DNA of 49,203 nt from Bugula neritina (GCA_964035545.1 CAXIUT010000246.1:1-49203); one strand, 5' to 3'; shown: positions 1-14,984, counted from the first letter of the stretch. The notes: generated by a model not told the origin, from the sequence alone. Numbers and translations: made by a program.

Positions 1-74
1 CCCAACCCCAACCCCAACCCCAACCCCAACCCCAACCCCAACCCCAACCCAACCCCAACCCCAACCCCAACCCC
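1..74 (+). repeat. Left telomere, (CCCCAA)n
   Basis: About 12 tandem CCCCAA units at the 5' end, the oligohymenophorean C4A2 repeat in the correct terminal orientation. Confidence 0.98.
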
Positions 75-175
75 CTTCTTATATTTTAATTACAAATTCT
101 ACTAATTTAATATTAACTTAATTAATATGAACACATAAATATGAGTTATTTGAGGTAATAATAAAATTATTCTTA

Positions 176-1790
176 ATGTCATATTTTAGTGCTTCAGAAC
201 GCAAAACAAACATGGCAAAACTAGGCTCTCCTTCACCTTGTAACCATCTTATCATAAAGGTGACTATATTCCAGGCTCAACACACGCAAAAAACTTTGCA
301 CATGTTCCATTCGGGTCAACTCAAAAATTGAATAGATCTTTAACTTTTCAACAAAATAACAACCAATAACAAACTAATAAAAGCCACAGAAGAACAACTC
401 AATGTCTTCAGTGATTTCAATACCAACGCAATCAATTAATTGAAATCTAAAATGAAACATGAAATGCAAATATCATCAGGATTCAAATCAGGAACCCAAA
501 GATTCAAAAATACAATAGAATAACAACCAGGGACCAGGGTAATATTAAGTCCTCAACAACTCAATGTCCAAGTCCCGTTCTCACAATGTCCCTTCCACAG
601 ACACAACCATGTACACTAAACATACAGTCCCATCTATTCCAGTCGACAACCTAGGTTTCAAATAGGACTAAAACAACAAGATGTCAAAAGTAATTCCATA
701 AGATAACTCAAATAAATATATTTATGTTCCTCCTTCTACACTACAAAACAAAGGAGTGGTAGCTTGGAAAACCTAAAGAATGGTAAAGAGATAAAATGAG
801 AGATATCCAGGTCCAGGATAATATCAACATGAATCAAAAGCCAACAAATCAATATCATCATGTTTCGCCTCATCATCTGATAGATTTGGTAAGGCAAAGA
901 AGATAAAATAGTAGAAAATACCTGGGCCTGGAGCATACAATTCAAATAATAGTAAGAAACTTAGTTATAATAAGAGTACATAGGCATTTTCAATTCAAAA
1001 ACATCAAGATTCGATCGAGACACGATAGATAGAAGTCTAGGACCTGGAACTTATTTTGATAAAAAAAATAAATCACATTCCGTACATCAAATCAAAAAAG
1101 TTATACATAGATAAGATGATATCCTACCTAAAACTATACAAAAAACTAGTATTTTTTGATATCAATAATAAAAATCCAGGTCCCGGACAATACAAAAACA
1201 ACTTCGGCATCTCACATCAACTAACTAAGATGTTAATAAAAAAACAAACAACAGATGTATTACCAAAATAAAAAAGATAAATATTTTAAAATAAATAATC
1301 AATCATGAATCCAGGTCCAGGATCATACCAAACACCCATAGTAAAGAACAAACCTAAAGGCAAACTATGGAAGAAAACCTAGATAATAAACCTCAAACAG
1401 TAATAATAAACAACTCCATCACCAGCAGATTATACTCACTCAAATAACACAATATAATAGAAAATAAAACACATGAATTCAAAATTAACACTAACTGATG
1501 AAAAACCATTTAATTCAGGAACATAGAGATTCAAACATTACTCAGATAATAAAGTTAATCCATAATATATAGTTTAATAAGATAAAAATCAAACTTAAAT
1601 GGAAATGGGCAAAACATAAAATAAAAAAGTTAAAAGACTAGTTATGACAGTAGTCAAAGTTAGAGTTCCCTTCGGTATGTCATCTAATAAGTACAATGAT
1701 AAAAATAACAACTACTAAGGCCCAGATTTTTATAATAAAAATAAATAATGGCTAAAACCTTCATTCAATATCAAAGGAAAAATACAATGA
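176..1790 (+). CDS. Sperm-tail PG-rich (SHIPPO/STPG-like) repeat protein
   Basis: Repeated PGPGxY motifs (PGPGAY, LGPGTY, PGPGQY, PGPGSY) and VPFG motifs in table 30; ends WLKPSFNIKGKIQ-TGA; several apparent indels, so the start is approximate. Confidence 0.75.
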
Positions 1791-1890
1791 TCCTACTATT
1801 AGTTATTATTTGCTATTATTATATATCAATTTATATCTATTTCTATTACTGATTTTCGATTATTAATAATTTCTATAAAAAACCATTCAA

Positions 1891-4340
1891 ATGGGTTCTA
1901 CCTGCGCCTGTCCCTCAAATTAAAGTCCCATCACCCCCAGACCACCACCTCAACAACATCCCTCCCAAGCTACTTCTACACATCGTAGTTGTAAATTTGT
2001 TGATATCAACCCAACGGATAATTATGATCTAAACGATACGGATAATAACATCCTCAAACTGACAAAACAAATAACCCAATTGTATCGATTAGTATCAGAA
2101 TAATAATGGTTAGATATCGAGTAGAATAGGTTTATTTAATTAGGAATAATATCGAAAATCAGCCATAATATGACTTTTTGTTCGACTCCTGTTTAGTAAA
2201 CTAATAAAAATATCATATTTAGAACCTAAAATAGTAGATAACTGTCAGAAATATCTAACTAAACATTCATTTCAAACTATAAGAATCATATATTTCAAGC
2301 AAAAATGCTACATAACCACTATAATTCAATGATAAAAGCTGTCTACTATCACAACCAAGTTGCATCCTATCTAACTCCATCTTCACAGATAGAAATCAAT
2401 AAAAATATATATTCTATGCCAAATATAATCACATCGGAAACATACAACTATCATAATGGACAGATATCAATAGAATTTCATATATTATTCAAAATCATTA
2501 ACTCTATCACCTATATACAAATAATTAGTATCATAAACTACAACTTACTATGCTAGCTATCAAAAACTATTCATAACATCATTAAGTCAACCTGATCTCT
2601 TATACTACTCATCCATCTGGGATAAAAAGTGCACTATAATGGACAAAAAAGATTACTACCTGTAGATATGTAGTAAAATAACAAACCTGGATTAGATAAA
2701 ATAATATAAACAGCAGGTCCATAACTATAACAGTATTAGATATCATAGATAACATACTATTTCTGTGGATGGATTCCATAACAACTAAAAATGTCAGACA
2801 TAAAAAGCTATCAAGGTATTTTCTAAAAACTATCAAATAATCTAAAAGATGGCAACATCATGATCTACTTCAGCAAAACATAACTACAAATCACATAATA
2901 TGTCTTACTCACTAAAGTAGATATGCATGCTGGCTTAATTACTGTAAATACATGCAAAAGAAAACAACCATTCCTTCGATGTTGATCTAGTATTCAGATA
3001 AAGAACAAGGATTGCTGACTTTCAAATTATAAATATTTATTGAGATATTTGATATCATTCATCTCAACTGGAACCCAATAGTTTACGACAATATAATAAG
3101 CAGATAAGGATAAATGAATAAAGACATATTAATAAATAAATTTTTATTAGTTATTCCTCCAAGTAGCCAATAAATATAAATTCGCTTATTCTGCAAAAAC
3201 ATCATCGCTGCTAAAAAAACAAAAAACACAAAAAAGTATTAATTAAATTATACTAATATTAAAGTTGTAGAGATATTAGATATGCATCAGCAATCAGAAT
3301 TATCTAAGCTGATTAAAATATAGTTTCAGATGTTTTTATTTTTTAGCCTTGTAAAAATAAAACTAGGTATCTTATTACCTTATAACCTATTGATAAATAT
3401 CAAAATTGCTAATAACTATTCAGTACCATAACCTTGCTTTCTTTTGTTTAAATATCTTTCAATCTTCTTAAATAATATTCTGTTCTTAAATAAATAATGA
3501 TTTAAAGTTATATTAAACCATAAAATCAAGGTTTTGGCATAAATTCTCCTCATTTTGATAAAAATCTACAATATTTATGTTAAGTTTAAAATAAAAAATA
3601 ACTAACTGTATCTGTCAATGTAGATTTGGACTAACATATGAGATTTGTTTAATTCCTAACCCAGATAAAGTAGATTTTATGACTAAAGTTAAATTGTAAG
3701 ATATTATCAATCATTCTATGATATCAGACTAATTAAATGGACCTGGTAGCTTTACTATTGACACCCAATATTCTCATTACATTTTAGTTATTAACTCTTT
3801 TTCTGTATATAAAGGACCTTTAGAAATAAAAATGACCTTAAATGGTTAAAAAACATATCTGAAGAATAAATACTAAGCCTTAAAGAATTAAGAAAGGTAA
3901 ATAATGTCTATTTTTACTCAAAATATAAAATGGACTTAAATAACTCAGGCCCAAGAAAGAGATTAAAATTCAATAGCATCTAAACTTTTCAACCTGCTGA
4001 ACACTTTTCATAATATTTCAATAATCCTTTAATCGATAAATCTTTAAAAAAGGTAAATATCAATTTTATATTCAAAATATATCATTCCAAGATTATTTTG
4101 ATTAGTTAGATTAAATAGAAGATAAAAGTTAATGCTAGCCACCAGCATTATCCATGTCAGTCTTTAAAATATAAATGAATAGTTTTAAATACTTATCGAT
4201 GATGCTTTTTATGTACCTTTCGGAATTGGATTTTGGACAAGATAAATATAATTATAGTCTGGATAGTATCGATTCATTTGTCCCAAATGGAAAAAAGTTA
4301 TGCCACAGGAATCTTTGGAATAATCAAAGCATGAGTCTAG
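1891..4340 (+). CDS. Hypothetical protein with N-terminal acylation motif (possibly a degenerate calpain-like protein)
   Basis: Starts MGSTCAC (G2 myristoylation plus Cys palmitoylation pattern); long TGA-free frames with shifts; 3' end and whether it is one or two genes are uncertain. Confidence 0.4.
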
Positions 4341-4379
4341 TTATTTAATATTTTATGATAATTTATATTTGATTTTTCA

Positions 4380-6362
4380 TCATTTCTTTTTGTTTCTTTT
4401 CTTGTTGGGCTCAACTTATGACTTAGATACTTATTTCTTCATCTCAACCTTTGGCTTCTACTTTCTTGCAGAAGATTCTTTCTTTTAGACCTCTTTTTCC
4501 TACTCAGATTCTTCTGCTTTCTTTTTCTTCTTGCCTCCTTTTTCAACTTTCTTCTCCTCAACTTTATCTTCAGCAATGGCTGAACTCTTCTTTTTCTTAT
4601 TAGTAGCTTATTTAGGAGATTTATCACCTTCATCAACTATAGCTGAAGAATTTTGCTTTTTACTCTTGTCTTCTTTTTTATTTTTTTAAGCATCAGCTTT
4701 CTTCTTCTTTTCAGGTTTAAATTCAGGATAAGATCGAACATATTCTTCCAATTTAGAGTTTAATTGTTGGAGATTTTTTCTTTTTAAATAAGAGTTCTTC
4801 TTCAAGAGCCTTATTCTTTTCTTCTTGTTTTTTCTTTTAGTTTTCTAAATCTCTGAGATAATTATTTTCTCCCCATTCAAGTTTTTCTCTATCTTGAGCC
4901 AAATTTTAATTTTCTTCAGTAATTTCTTCAATTATCTTTGATATTTCACTAAATCTTTCATTATTTGCGATAATAGTAGAAATCTTTTTATTCATGTTGT
5001 CAATAACAGCTGGAGGAACAAGTCTTTACATTTCAGCAACTTCCATCTAAACCTTTTGATTTATCTTTCTGATGTCTTTTTTTAATAACATCATTCTTTG
5101 ATTGAATCGCTAGCAATTCTTCAGGCACTTTTTCTTCATATTTTATAACTTTCTTTTCTTCTGATGAATTTTATAAAGCTGTTATTTATTATCTAATCTT
5201 TTATCTTGTTTGAAAGTAAGTCTTCTATCTTGTTTTTCAAATCATTAACTTTCTTTTATCTTTTTTTGTTGTCCTCTTTTGACATACCAGCTTCCTTTGA
5301 TTTTTATAATATCTGAGCCTCAATTTTCTTATTTTCTTATTTAAAGACTGACCTAGATCTTTAGCTTTATTAATTTCTTTTAACATTGAAGAATCATCTG
5401 CTTTAGCACTAGGAGTCTCCCTTTTCTTTGATATCAGCTAGCTCTTTTTTTTTATTGTTAATAATTTATTTTACTTGAGCAATTTTCAATGACATTTAAG
5501 TTTTCTTTCTAAGTTATTCTTGCATTTAGCTTGCTTGATTATTTTTCATCTCTTAAATCTTCTTATTTATTTAAATTTTGGCTAATTTCTATTTTAAATA
5601 TTGTTTAAAACTTCTTTTTTTACTTCCAACGAGGCTATTTCTTTCTTATTCAAAGATTATAAGTTCTCTTCTTCTTTTTTAACTTTTTCTCTCATATCAT
5701 TTAGCTTACTATCATTACTAGATTTTTTTTTATTGATTAGCTTTGTTTTTATCTGCAATTTGCATTTTTAATTGATTGATTTGTTAAAGAATCTTTGCTT
5801 TCTCTGATTGTTTCTTTCCTTTTCAAATTTAACAAGATTTATTTTTTAATTCATTTGATTATTCTTTTGTCTTAACTATTCTAGTTCTCTTTGAATATTT
5901 TTCATTTACTTCTTCACTTTTATTTTAATTTTGTAAGACATTTTGCTTGGCTTCCCATTCTTTTTAAAGTTTTTCTTTTCTTCTATCAAAGGGCCTCATT
6001 TAGATATTCAAAGTAGCAAATTTCTCTTCTTGATTGACATGAATTTTTTTACAATATCTAATTTACCCTTATAGACTCCAGGCGATTGAGGTCTTCTACC
6101 ACTTCCACTATTCTAAATAAAATAAAAGATACATTAGATCTTGGACTTCAATATTTCTTTTTTAGAAGTACTATTTTAATCTCCTTGAGAAGTTGGACTT
6201 TTTGGAGAACTGATATCTTCAGTTTTTGTTTAAATCTATTTGAGAGAAGTTTATTTTTTCTCTACTTTTTCAGGCTAGTTCAAACTGGATGAGGGGATTT
6301 AGTGTTTTAGAAACATCAGTGCTATTAGTCTCTGAAGGATTACTTTAGACTTAGTTTGACAT
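4380..6362 (-). CDS. K/E-rich coiled-coil protein
   Basis: A-rich minus strand encodes long E/K-rich heptad-like sequence; contains a 20-nt GT-AG intron (gtatcttttattttatttag); ends KRNKKK-TGA-TGA. Confidence 0.6.
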
Positions 6363-6551
6363 AAAGTTGATATATATTATCTCACGTGTTATTTTAAATT
6401 CTCATCAAATGATATCCAGTCATAGATAAATCTATCAAAAATATTATTTTATACATTTATCAATAATGAAGGTTTTATTTTCAATCAACAAATATTTATT
6501 CAATAATTAAACAAACTAATTATTTTCAACGCTCCTTGTAATTTAAATCAA

Positions 6552-7955
6552 ATGATAAAAGAACAATAAGACCCAAAGCTTTTAAGAACCTTTAAAGGCC
6601 ATAAAGACGAAATCAACTCCATTGCTTTTCATCCTCAATGGTACTTTCTACAATATACAGCAAACAAATCGCCACTGCCTCAAATGATAGCATGGTATTC
6701 GTTTGGAATCTCAACCAATCTGGCAACATCTATAAATATATCGGACATAGAGTATTCAATTTATTATTCAGGATGCAGTTACTGATGTTAAATTTTCACC
6801 TCTTGGAAATCAACTTGCAAGTTGTTCAAAAGATGAGACAGTTAAAATATGGACAATACTTCTGAAGGAAATTCCTTCACCATTAAAGCTCATAATGCTC
6901 CAATTAGAGCTCTTGATTATAGCTATGACGGAAAACTTCTTCTCACAGGATCAGATGATAAAACCCTCAAAGTTCACAGGATAGAAGACAAAAAGTTATA
7001 CTTTACTCTGACTGGTCATAAAAAATTGGATCAAAACTACAAGCTTTTCTCCTGATAATCGACTTATCTGCTCAGGTGGAGAAGATAAAACAGTTATCTT
7101 ATGGGATACTTAATCACAAAAGGTTCTATATAGTTTTAATGATCACCTGGGAGCCATTAATGACTGCAAATTTAATTCTGATGGAACTTGCTTAGCATCC
7201 TGCTCAACTGATAAAAAAGTCAAGCTTTATGACCTAAGATGTAAAAGATTAATTCAAAATTATGATGCTCACGGATAATCAGTGAGTAAAGTTGACTTTC
7301 ATCCTAAAAACAATTATATGCTGACTACTTCACTTGACTCTAAAATCAAAATATGGGAAATTAATAGAGGAACACTTGATTATACACTTTATGGACATAA
7401 TGGAAGTACTAACACTTGCGCTTTCTCCAATATGGAGATTATTTTGCGACAGGAGGTAGTGATTCTCTTGCAATGATCTGGAAAACAAATCTTGAAGTTG
7501 AACAGACTTATTTATAACTACTCTTGATGGGCCTAAAGCCAACAAATATCAAAGGTAAAAAGTTCAAAGAAACTTAAAAATGCAACAAGCAGAGTGTAAC
7601 AACAAGAAAATATGAACAAAAGCAAGACAAGTACATTAAAATAAATACCAAAATAGCAACCATCAGAAATATAAATGCCTTAAGATTAGATTTAGATTCC
7701 TCCGGAAGTTGAGTAAGTAGTTGATAAATATCATAACAATTAGCTTTGATTATAAAGTCTTTACAGACTATGGAAGATAGAGTATCAAAAAGTTAGGAAA
7801 GAATCTCTAAATTAAATTTAGTAATATTCAAACGATTAAGTTAAAAGAGACAATTAAAGAAGAAAATAATGAACCTTTAATAACTTTAAGAGCAAGAATT
7901 AAAAGTAACCATGAAACATACTAAACATCTGCCCTCATAATAAAATGTCAATTGA
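6552..7955 (+). CDS. POC1: POC1 centriolar/basal-body WD40 protein
   Basis: N-term [25 protein letters not shown]40 repeats (GH...SxDxTvkiW) and a C-terminal Poc1-type coiled coil ([24 protein letters not shown]); 20-nt introns at 6641-6660 and 6752-6771; 1-nt indels near 7020 and 7428. Confidence 0.9.
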
Positions 7956-8029
7956 TATTTTTATACATAAACCTATCATTTGATAACTATTTATTGCAAG
8001 TCAATATTATACTTCATATCTAATTATTG

Positions 8030-9805
8030 GAAATACCCCAAACAATCAACCTCGCACACTCAGAGCCTCATTCATCTGTCTTCGAATCTTCCTTCACTTC
8101 GACGATGAGATTACTTACTCAAACATTTCAAACGCCTATGTCCGATTCAGCTCTTGGAGAAAGTCAAGATGGACATGAAGGCAATCAAATTTGCCATGAC
8201 ACTAAACCTACTCATTCACCTCAATGCCTTCAACAAGAAGAAATCAATACTATTTATGAAGATTCTCCTGAAGTCTCAAAGCGAATTAATTCTAGCCAAA
8301 GAGATGAATGGAGACTCAATTAAGGCAATGTATGTTCAATTGTTCTTATCTCTAAAGAACTCGTCTCTTTCTCTGAAAAATGTCAAGTGGATTCTTAAAG
8401 AAATTCGGATTCTTTACAACAGTCTTCTCAATCCTAAAAGTTTCCTCAACAATGCTTTAAAGAAAGGGGTCTTGATTGGTTATCAAAATTCTCGCCTTAT
8501 TTTAACTGAAGAATGTTAGCTTAGTGAATTATATGATGATTATGAAATCTACCTCTATAAACTAACTGATAAAGACATTGTCAAAGAGTGCACTGTCATT
8601 GGTTGTGAAATTCAAAAATTTATACACAGATATAAATAGGAAATTACTTAAAAGAATACCAAATAGCTTTCTCTGAATATATTTGATCGATTTCTTGAAA
8701 GCTTGTCACAAAATGATGGAAATATAAGAAGAAAATCACTTTCAGCCTGGAAATCTTCAGTAAAAATGTCATTTTTGTTGTCAAAAATTATATAAGAAGA
8801 AGAATACAACATCGAAAATAGCTCTAATAAGGAAGAAAAAGACATTATCGAAGTTTCTCAAGATCAAACTGAGCAAGTAATAAGTGAAAAAATAAAAGAT
8901 GGAAATAACTGATCCTTGATGAATAGTCTTCTACTGAACATCTCACATGCCTGTAATGAGTCAATATATTCTTAAAGATAACAAATCTAAGAAATGTAAA
9001 ATAAAAAACTGATCTACCAATTATAGTTCAAAATTTAGAAGAATTATAAACTGAACCAATCGAAGCGAATCCTTAAATTATTGACCTAATGGTTCAAAAT
9101 TAAACCTACAAGATAATGAAAATAACTAATAGCGTGAAAGGTAAATCCTTTCTAGTACTATGGATACTATCATCCATCTCCAAATCTTGATAACTAAGAA
9201 AATCCAATTATAATTTTAGAAAATGAGGAATAAAACAAAGAGATTTCAATTTGTGAATATTGATGAATAGGCTTCTTGTGTTCGACATAGTTCTTGTGTA
9301 GTTTAAATTTCTGATCAATATTAACCAGTTTTGAAACTCTTGAATTTTCTAAAGATGAAGATTAAATCTACCAGCCAGAAGTTGTTAACAAACAAGATGA
9401 TCTTTTCCAAGTCTCAGCAGAGGTAGTTGAAAGCATTCCATAATAAAATATATAAGGAAAAATAAGACAATCTCTTTGAACTGAATGTAGAGAATAAAAT
9501 CGAGTCCAATATTGAGGAAAAAGGTGAAATCAATCTATAATAAAATTCTGAATAGATTTCTTCAGATAAAATTGATTTATTTGAGTAAAACTTAAAAATT
9601 ACCTCAAAGAAAAAAAGATGCTATGCGAATAAGAGAAGATCGATGAGACATATGAGCCAATTGTTCAAAAGATAGTAGAGTTGGCAAAAGAATGAAAGCA
9701 GATGAATAACAGGTTGAACATTTGATTGAGTAGCAGATGGATTCGTTGGTTGAAGCTGTTGAGATATAGACCGTAGAAGTGAATCCCAATAAAGAGTATG
9801 TATGA
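8030..9805 (+). CDS. Hypothetical Glu-rich protein
   Basis: The 8154 ORF continues through TAR codons as an acidic protein and ends EVNPNKEYV-TGA; start uncertain. Confidence 0.5.
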
Positions 9806-9847
9806 TCGTATGAGAATATGATAAATTTATATTAACTGTTTTTATTC

Positions 9848-10774
9848 ATGAGTGAAGGAGGCCTAGTTATTAATACTATTTATCAATATGATAAATCATC
9901 AGAATATTCCTTGGAACATAGTCGAGTATCAGCCAGTTAGATAATATTTGGATCCAGCTCATCAAATTTCATAAAGAAATAGATAAAATGGACAATACAA
10001 TTCTTCTAGATATGTTACTAAAAGAGGTTCTTTTATCGACCAACATATCAAAAATATAAAAAACTTACCTGCTCCATGTATTATTTCTTTATCAGGCGCA
10101 TATTAATTTCCAAGTGAATTTTGATCAGACATAAAATAAAAAACTTAAGCCAAAAAATTAAAATAGATTTCAAATTAAGAAAAAATAGCTATCTTGAACA
10201 AATATAAGCTTAAGCTAAAATACATAAAAGTCCAGGTGTTGGAATATATCATCTTTAAAATTCATAAAAAAAGAAATCAAAGAAAAAGAAAAGAACAATT
10301 GATAACAAAAGATACTTCTATGAAGATTCATAATTTCTATCAACTACTATTCCAGGATCAGGATGCTATTATCTCATGATGAAGGTCATTCATATTAAAA
10401 AATAAAGAACGAATCATGATTTTTGGAAATAAAAACACTCAAAATAAAAATAAAAACATCGAAAAAGAAGTCTAAAAGATCCAGATCCTGGAACTTATCG
10501 TCCTGTATCAGCATCTTTTAACTCTTTTGATAGAATGAAAGTAGATAATTAAAAAAGACTAAAAAAATTATCAAATAAAAAACCTTTAAGCGGATTTGGC
10601 TCATCTGATTCTAAGTTTGAATACTGCAGAACTAAAAAAAGCCTTGGAGAAACAAGACCAGACCCTTGTAATTACAACACCATGATAGAATGGAAAGGAA
10701 AAGGCAAAGATATAAAAAAGAATAATTGGGTGAGATGTCTATCAGCTGGACCAACTAGAAATGTTTATCATTGA
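9848..10774 (+). CDS. PG-rich (SHIPPO/ODF3-like) repeat protein
   Basis: PGVGIY, PDPGTY, PDPCNY repeats; ends LSAGPTRNVYH-TGA. Confidence 0.65.
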
Positions 10775-10809
10775 TTTATTCGATAAGTTTATTTATAGCC
10801 AATTAAAAA

Positions 10810-12984
10810 TCATAATTACTACTCAAAAGTTTACTTTACATCCTTTTCTTATTTTTATTATTAAAATTACTGTTGCCTGTACTTTTAACCTAAATTCATC
10901 ACATTTAAAAGTACAATCTCATGATTGGCTTCATTTAGTAACTTCCAACCTTGATGAGCTTCATTACTGACTCCCATCAACTTATTACCAACTCTCTTCA
11001 ACTACCTATTCATATCCTGACATTTCTTTTAAAGATAATCTTGATGGATGCGAAGAATATGACTTTCTTATACTCTTTGCTTTTATTTGATTTTTAAAAT
11101 CTATAATTCTTTAACGTTTTAATGCAATTATTTAAGTTTTTCTATTCCTTTTTATCTATCGTACTATCCTTTTTCAAAAAATAAAAGCATCAAATCTTTT
11201 TATCTTGTTTAATATTTAATAACTTATTTTTACAACTATTCTATTCTATTTTTAAGTTATTTCAACTCAGTCTAGTATATTTATTTCTCATGAACTTAAT
11301 CTTGTAACTTATCTTCATATTAATCTTAAATATTTTCTCTTTCAAAAGATTTATTTACAATATCTTCTCCATGTTAGCGTTATCTTTGTTGAAGTTAACT
11401 AATTATGACCTAAAACTCTTCTATTTTATTAGAAAGTATCAAAATTTATTTTTCTTTTACTGCAAGTAAAGATTTTATTTAAAATATTTATATGTCAGAC
11501 TTTGCTTGTTTCTATCTTAACTCTTCATTTTTGATTGCACTCTTTTATTTTTGAGTTATGAATTAATCTATTTTAAGCTTTAATTTTTAGATTTGATGAT
11601 TCAAATGACTAATCTAGATATCACCTTCTTATACCTTTTTATTAGTTTATTATTTCTATTAAAGCAAAGTCAAACAAATCTTCTTCTATTCTATTATTTC
11701 TTTCTTCATCTATTTTATCTTTTATTCATATTATTTTTACTTCTCTTCAAAGTTATTTTTACTCTTAGCTTCAGCTATCTGCTTTGCTTCTCTTAATTAA
11801 TTAGATAAACTATCAATAGTTTTATTTTTCTAGATAATTATTTTACTTTTATCCCAAATTTATTTATTTTTTTAACTGATCTCCCTTGATTTATCTTAAT
11901 TCTATCTTTGTAAAATCATATTTTTATAGTCAATCTATCTCTTAGCACCACCATCTTCACTCTTTTCTTCTTCCATCTTTTTTATTCCCCTTTGTTCCAT
12001 TAATTTATTCAAATAAGCGTTTTTATTTTTCTATTTCTAGAATATCTAACTTGCTTTAATATTGACATTCTTTAAAGTATCATTTTCCCTTTAAACATTA
12101 CTTAGCGTTCGATCAATATGTTTTCTACTTGATGTTATTCCAACATGAGGAGATTCTTTCCTTACCTGATTATCACCAACAATAGAATTTTTAAATACAC
12201 TAGCATTAGTAGCTATTGCTGAACTATTCGATTTCAATGGCATTTTGCTTTGAGTTGATGAAAAATTCAAAGAAGTTGGCTTATCTTCAATCGTATTTTT
12301 AAAAGGTTGTGAAATATTAAAACCTTATGTCGATATCTCTTCATTCTACTTTTTTCTTTTCGATTGATTCGAATCATACTTGGGCATCGAAGGATACGGT
12401 GTTCGACTAAATTGAAATCCAGAAGGAGTACTAACATTGCTAACATTAGTATTCATTGGTTGACTAGTTGAATAATCAATATTCGGTCGATAAGTTTGAG
12501 TTGGAATTTGAAAATAACAATCTTACTTGATATTTTTACCCATTATCGACTAACTTCTTCTACTTTCTTTGATATTATCAATTCCTTCTTCAAAAGTTAA
12601 TCCAGCCGATGACCTCTTATCCTAAATAGGTGAGACATGGATATATTTTTTTTACTCCACCATTGGTCGAAACCCAGTTTGTGCGCCAGTAATCTGATGA
12701 TATGGACTCTCAGATCGTTGCCAGTAAGGTGAAGGATTTTGATGTACTATTGCAGGATTTCTTTGATAGTTATCTTGGTTTGATGTTAAATAGTTCGATA
12801 GCTAAGATCTCGTCTAACCCATTCTCATTTATGGATGTTGATTTATCTTTGAATAATTATTATTGTTCGTCATGACAGGAGAACGAGAAGGAATAGATGT
12901 TTGACCTTGGTCAAATGTTTGACTAATAAATTTCATATTGTTTGGGTCACTCGGAAAACCATTTACAGGTCGATAGGATTGCAT
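10810..12984 (-). CDS. Hypothetical protein with S/N/P-rich N-terminus and long coiled coil
   Basis: Starts MQSYRPVNGF; low-complexity region followed by an E/K/I-rich coiled coil; exact stop uncertain. Confidence 0.55.
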
Positions 12985-13007
12985 AATGTTAATAATTTAA
13001 GTAATAA

Positions 13008-13685
13008 TCACTGTTTAAACGAAACGTTATATCCCCCGTTAGATCCTTGCTACATCTTAAAATTATCCAAACTTAGTCCGAAATAGCCAAGTATATTATT
13101 ACCTATATTCTTCAACCCATCGATTGCTTATTTTTTTTGTTTTTCATTTTTCTCCTAAACCCTTTTCTCCAGTTATTTTACCTTTAAAATGATAGTCACA
13201 TTCTTTGGATCTTCCTCTAAGATCTTTTTATTTTGTTCTAACGCCTCATCAAGTTCATCCAATTTTTAATATAAAATTGCTAGTCTAGCCTGAGCTTTTT
13301 GATATTTCGGATCCTTAAATAAAGAAATAAATACGGATTCTGATGATTTTATACAATAAGAAAGGGCATCTTTAAAGTTTTATAGTTTAGATAAACAAGC
13401 AGATATGTTGCAATAGAGGATAGCTCTATGTTTGTTTTATTTTTTATCAGCATATCTTAATCCTTCTTGGTATTTGCCAATTGCTTCCATATATTCTTGG
13501 CTTTTGAAAAGTTAATTCCCTTCTACTTTAAGTTATTGTGATAGCTCAATATTTGATTCTATAAATTGTTCTCCAACTGGCTCGATTGGTTCTTTTGCCT
13601 CCTCTCCTTTAACTTCATGAATATCCTCTTATTTAGAAGGAATTTCTTCCTCTTCAAGATGTTCTTACTTATCTTTTTCACTCAT
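13008..13685 (-). CDS. TTC1: Tetratricopeptide repeat protein 1-like co-chaperone
   Basis: LKVEGNELFKSQEYMEAIGKY TPR plus the TTC1-type C-terminus LKNIGNNILGYFGLSLDNFKMEQGSNGGYNVSFKQ-TGA; 21-nt intron at 13314-13334. Confidence 0.85.
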
Positions 13686-13746
13686 AATAGCTAATATATA
13701 ATTATAGTAATAGCTTATGATCAGAAGTAAATAAAATAACATATAT

Positions 13747-14217
13747 TCATTTGATATTCTCCAATATTTTTTAAAGTTCTTGGATTTATACAAGAATTTT
13801 TTATTGTTCTTTAATTTGTTTTTCAGATTTATTCAAAAGCAACCACTCCATCGATTCAACATTATCAAACATAGAATTACTCGATAAACTACTTTTACTA
13901 CTCCTGCTATCAATTATATTTTAAATTTATCGAGTCAAAGATACCACTCCCTTATCCAACTTCTCATATAAATAATTTTATCCGCTCTTCTGCAACCAAT
14001 TATTTCCAACAAATCTAAAGCGTTACTTCATCAGCTACTTATACTACTATTGCTTGTCTTTTCTCTTTTTATCTAATTATTGAACCTATGTATAAAGATG
14101 ACTGCCCTACCATTCACTCACTCCGTCAAGCAAAGCTTCCTGTTTTTGTAGTTTCTATTTTAGTTATGCTATTTCTTTTTTAAGTTCTGAATGAATATCA
14201 TTATCCTACTATTCCAT
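13747..14217 (-). CDS. Small hypothetical coiled-coil protein
   Basis: MEEEDNDIHSELKK... to ...ILENIK-TGA in table 30; needs indel corrections. Confidence 0.4.
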
Positions 14218-14279
14218 CTATTAATATTACATTAAATTAAAAGAAGATATAAATATTGTTAATTATTGAGTAAAAAGAA

Positions 14280-14984
14280 AAAGTTGTTGAAATTATACTA
14301 TAATAAAGGAGTTTTTAAATAAGTTTTTCTCATAATCACGATCTCAAACTATACTTCTGATGTTCTTATCGACTAAGGTTATTATTTATTTTTATATACA
14401 TTTTAAAACATCAAAGACGTCATGTTTTATACTTATTATTTGACTTTATTTTATTTAGTTTTCAATTTATAATTATCCAGATTTTATATTTCGAATATTG
14501 ATTTTTAAAAGAGCTTATTAATTCTTTATTTTTTATATCTGGACTTATAGTTCTTTTATCCTCTATATAAGATTTAACATCATTGAGTCTTGATGGTCAA
14601 TATGGGTTATTTATTAATATTTCGAAAGTAATTCATCTTAGTTCATATTCTTTATTTAAATTTATCTCAAGTAGATTTGTTCCATTTCTAATCTAAGTTA
14701 TATTTTTATTGTTAGTTTCTGTTTCAATTAGCTTTGTCGTAGCAACTATTTGTCTTAAGTTGACTAAACAATATTGTAATTGTATGAAACTGCACTTAAA
14801 CAGTTTCTAGATTTCTCTTATTCAATAATATAGAATTCTAGCTTTCTCTGATACTCCATCCTTAAAGTTGATAAACTCAATCTTTGTTTTGATTTTTCCT
14901 CTTCCTAAATCCCTCTATCCCGCGATGATTGTCTAGCCTCCAAAAATTTAAATATAGCAATTTTAAATCTAACCGTTCAGACAT
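14280..14984 (-). CDS. Hypothetical coiled-coil protein
   Basis: TGA-free frame over about 14350-14940 (EARQSSRDRGIEEEEKSKQR...); both ends uncertain. Confidence 0.4.

Noticed and set aside
7015-7435. Frameshifts in POC1 and other genes as Euplotes-style programmed +1 ribosomal frameshifting
   Set aside because: Shifts go both ways (an extra A near 7020; missing bases near 7428, 35878 and 48650), often sit in homopolymers and share no AAA-TAR motif, while PLK and tubulin are intact. Long-read indel errors explain them better. The genes were not called pseudogenes for the same reason.
14300-14900. Possible TGA=Trp frame, implying a code with all three stops ambiguous
   Set aside because: Another minus-strand frame is TGA-free and protein-like; the conserved Trp sites checked in PLK, POC1, CAF1 and tubulin use TGG, and TGA marks homolog C-termini
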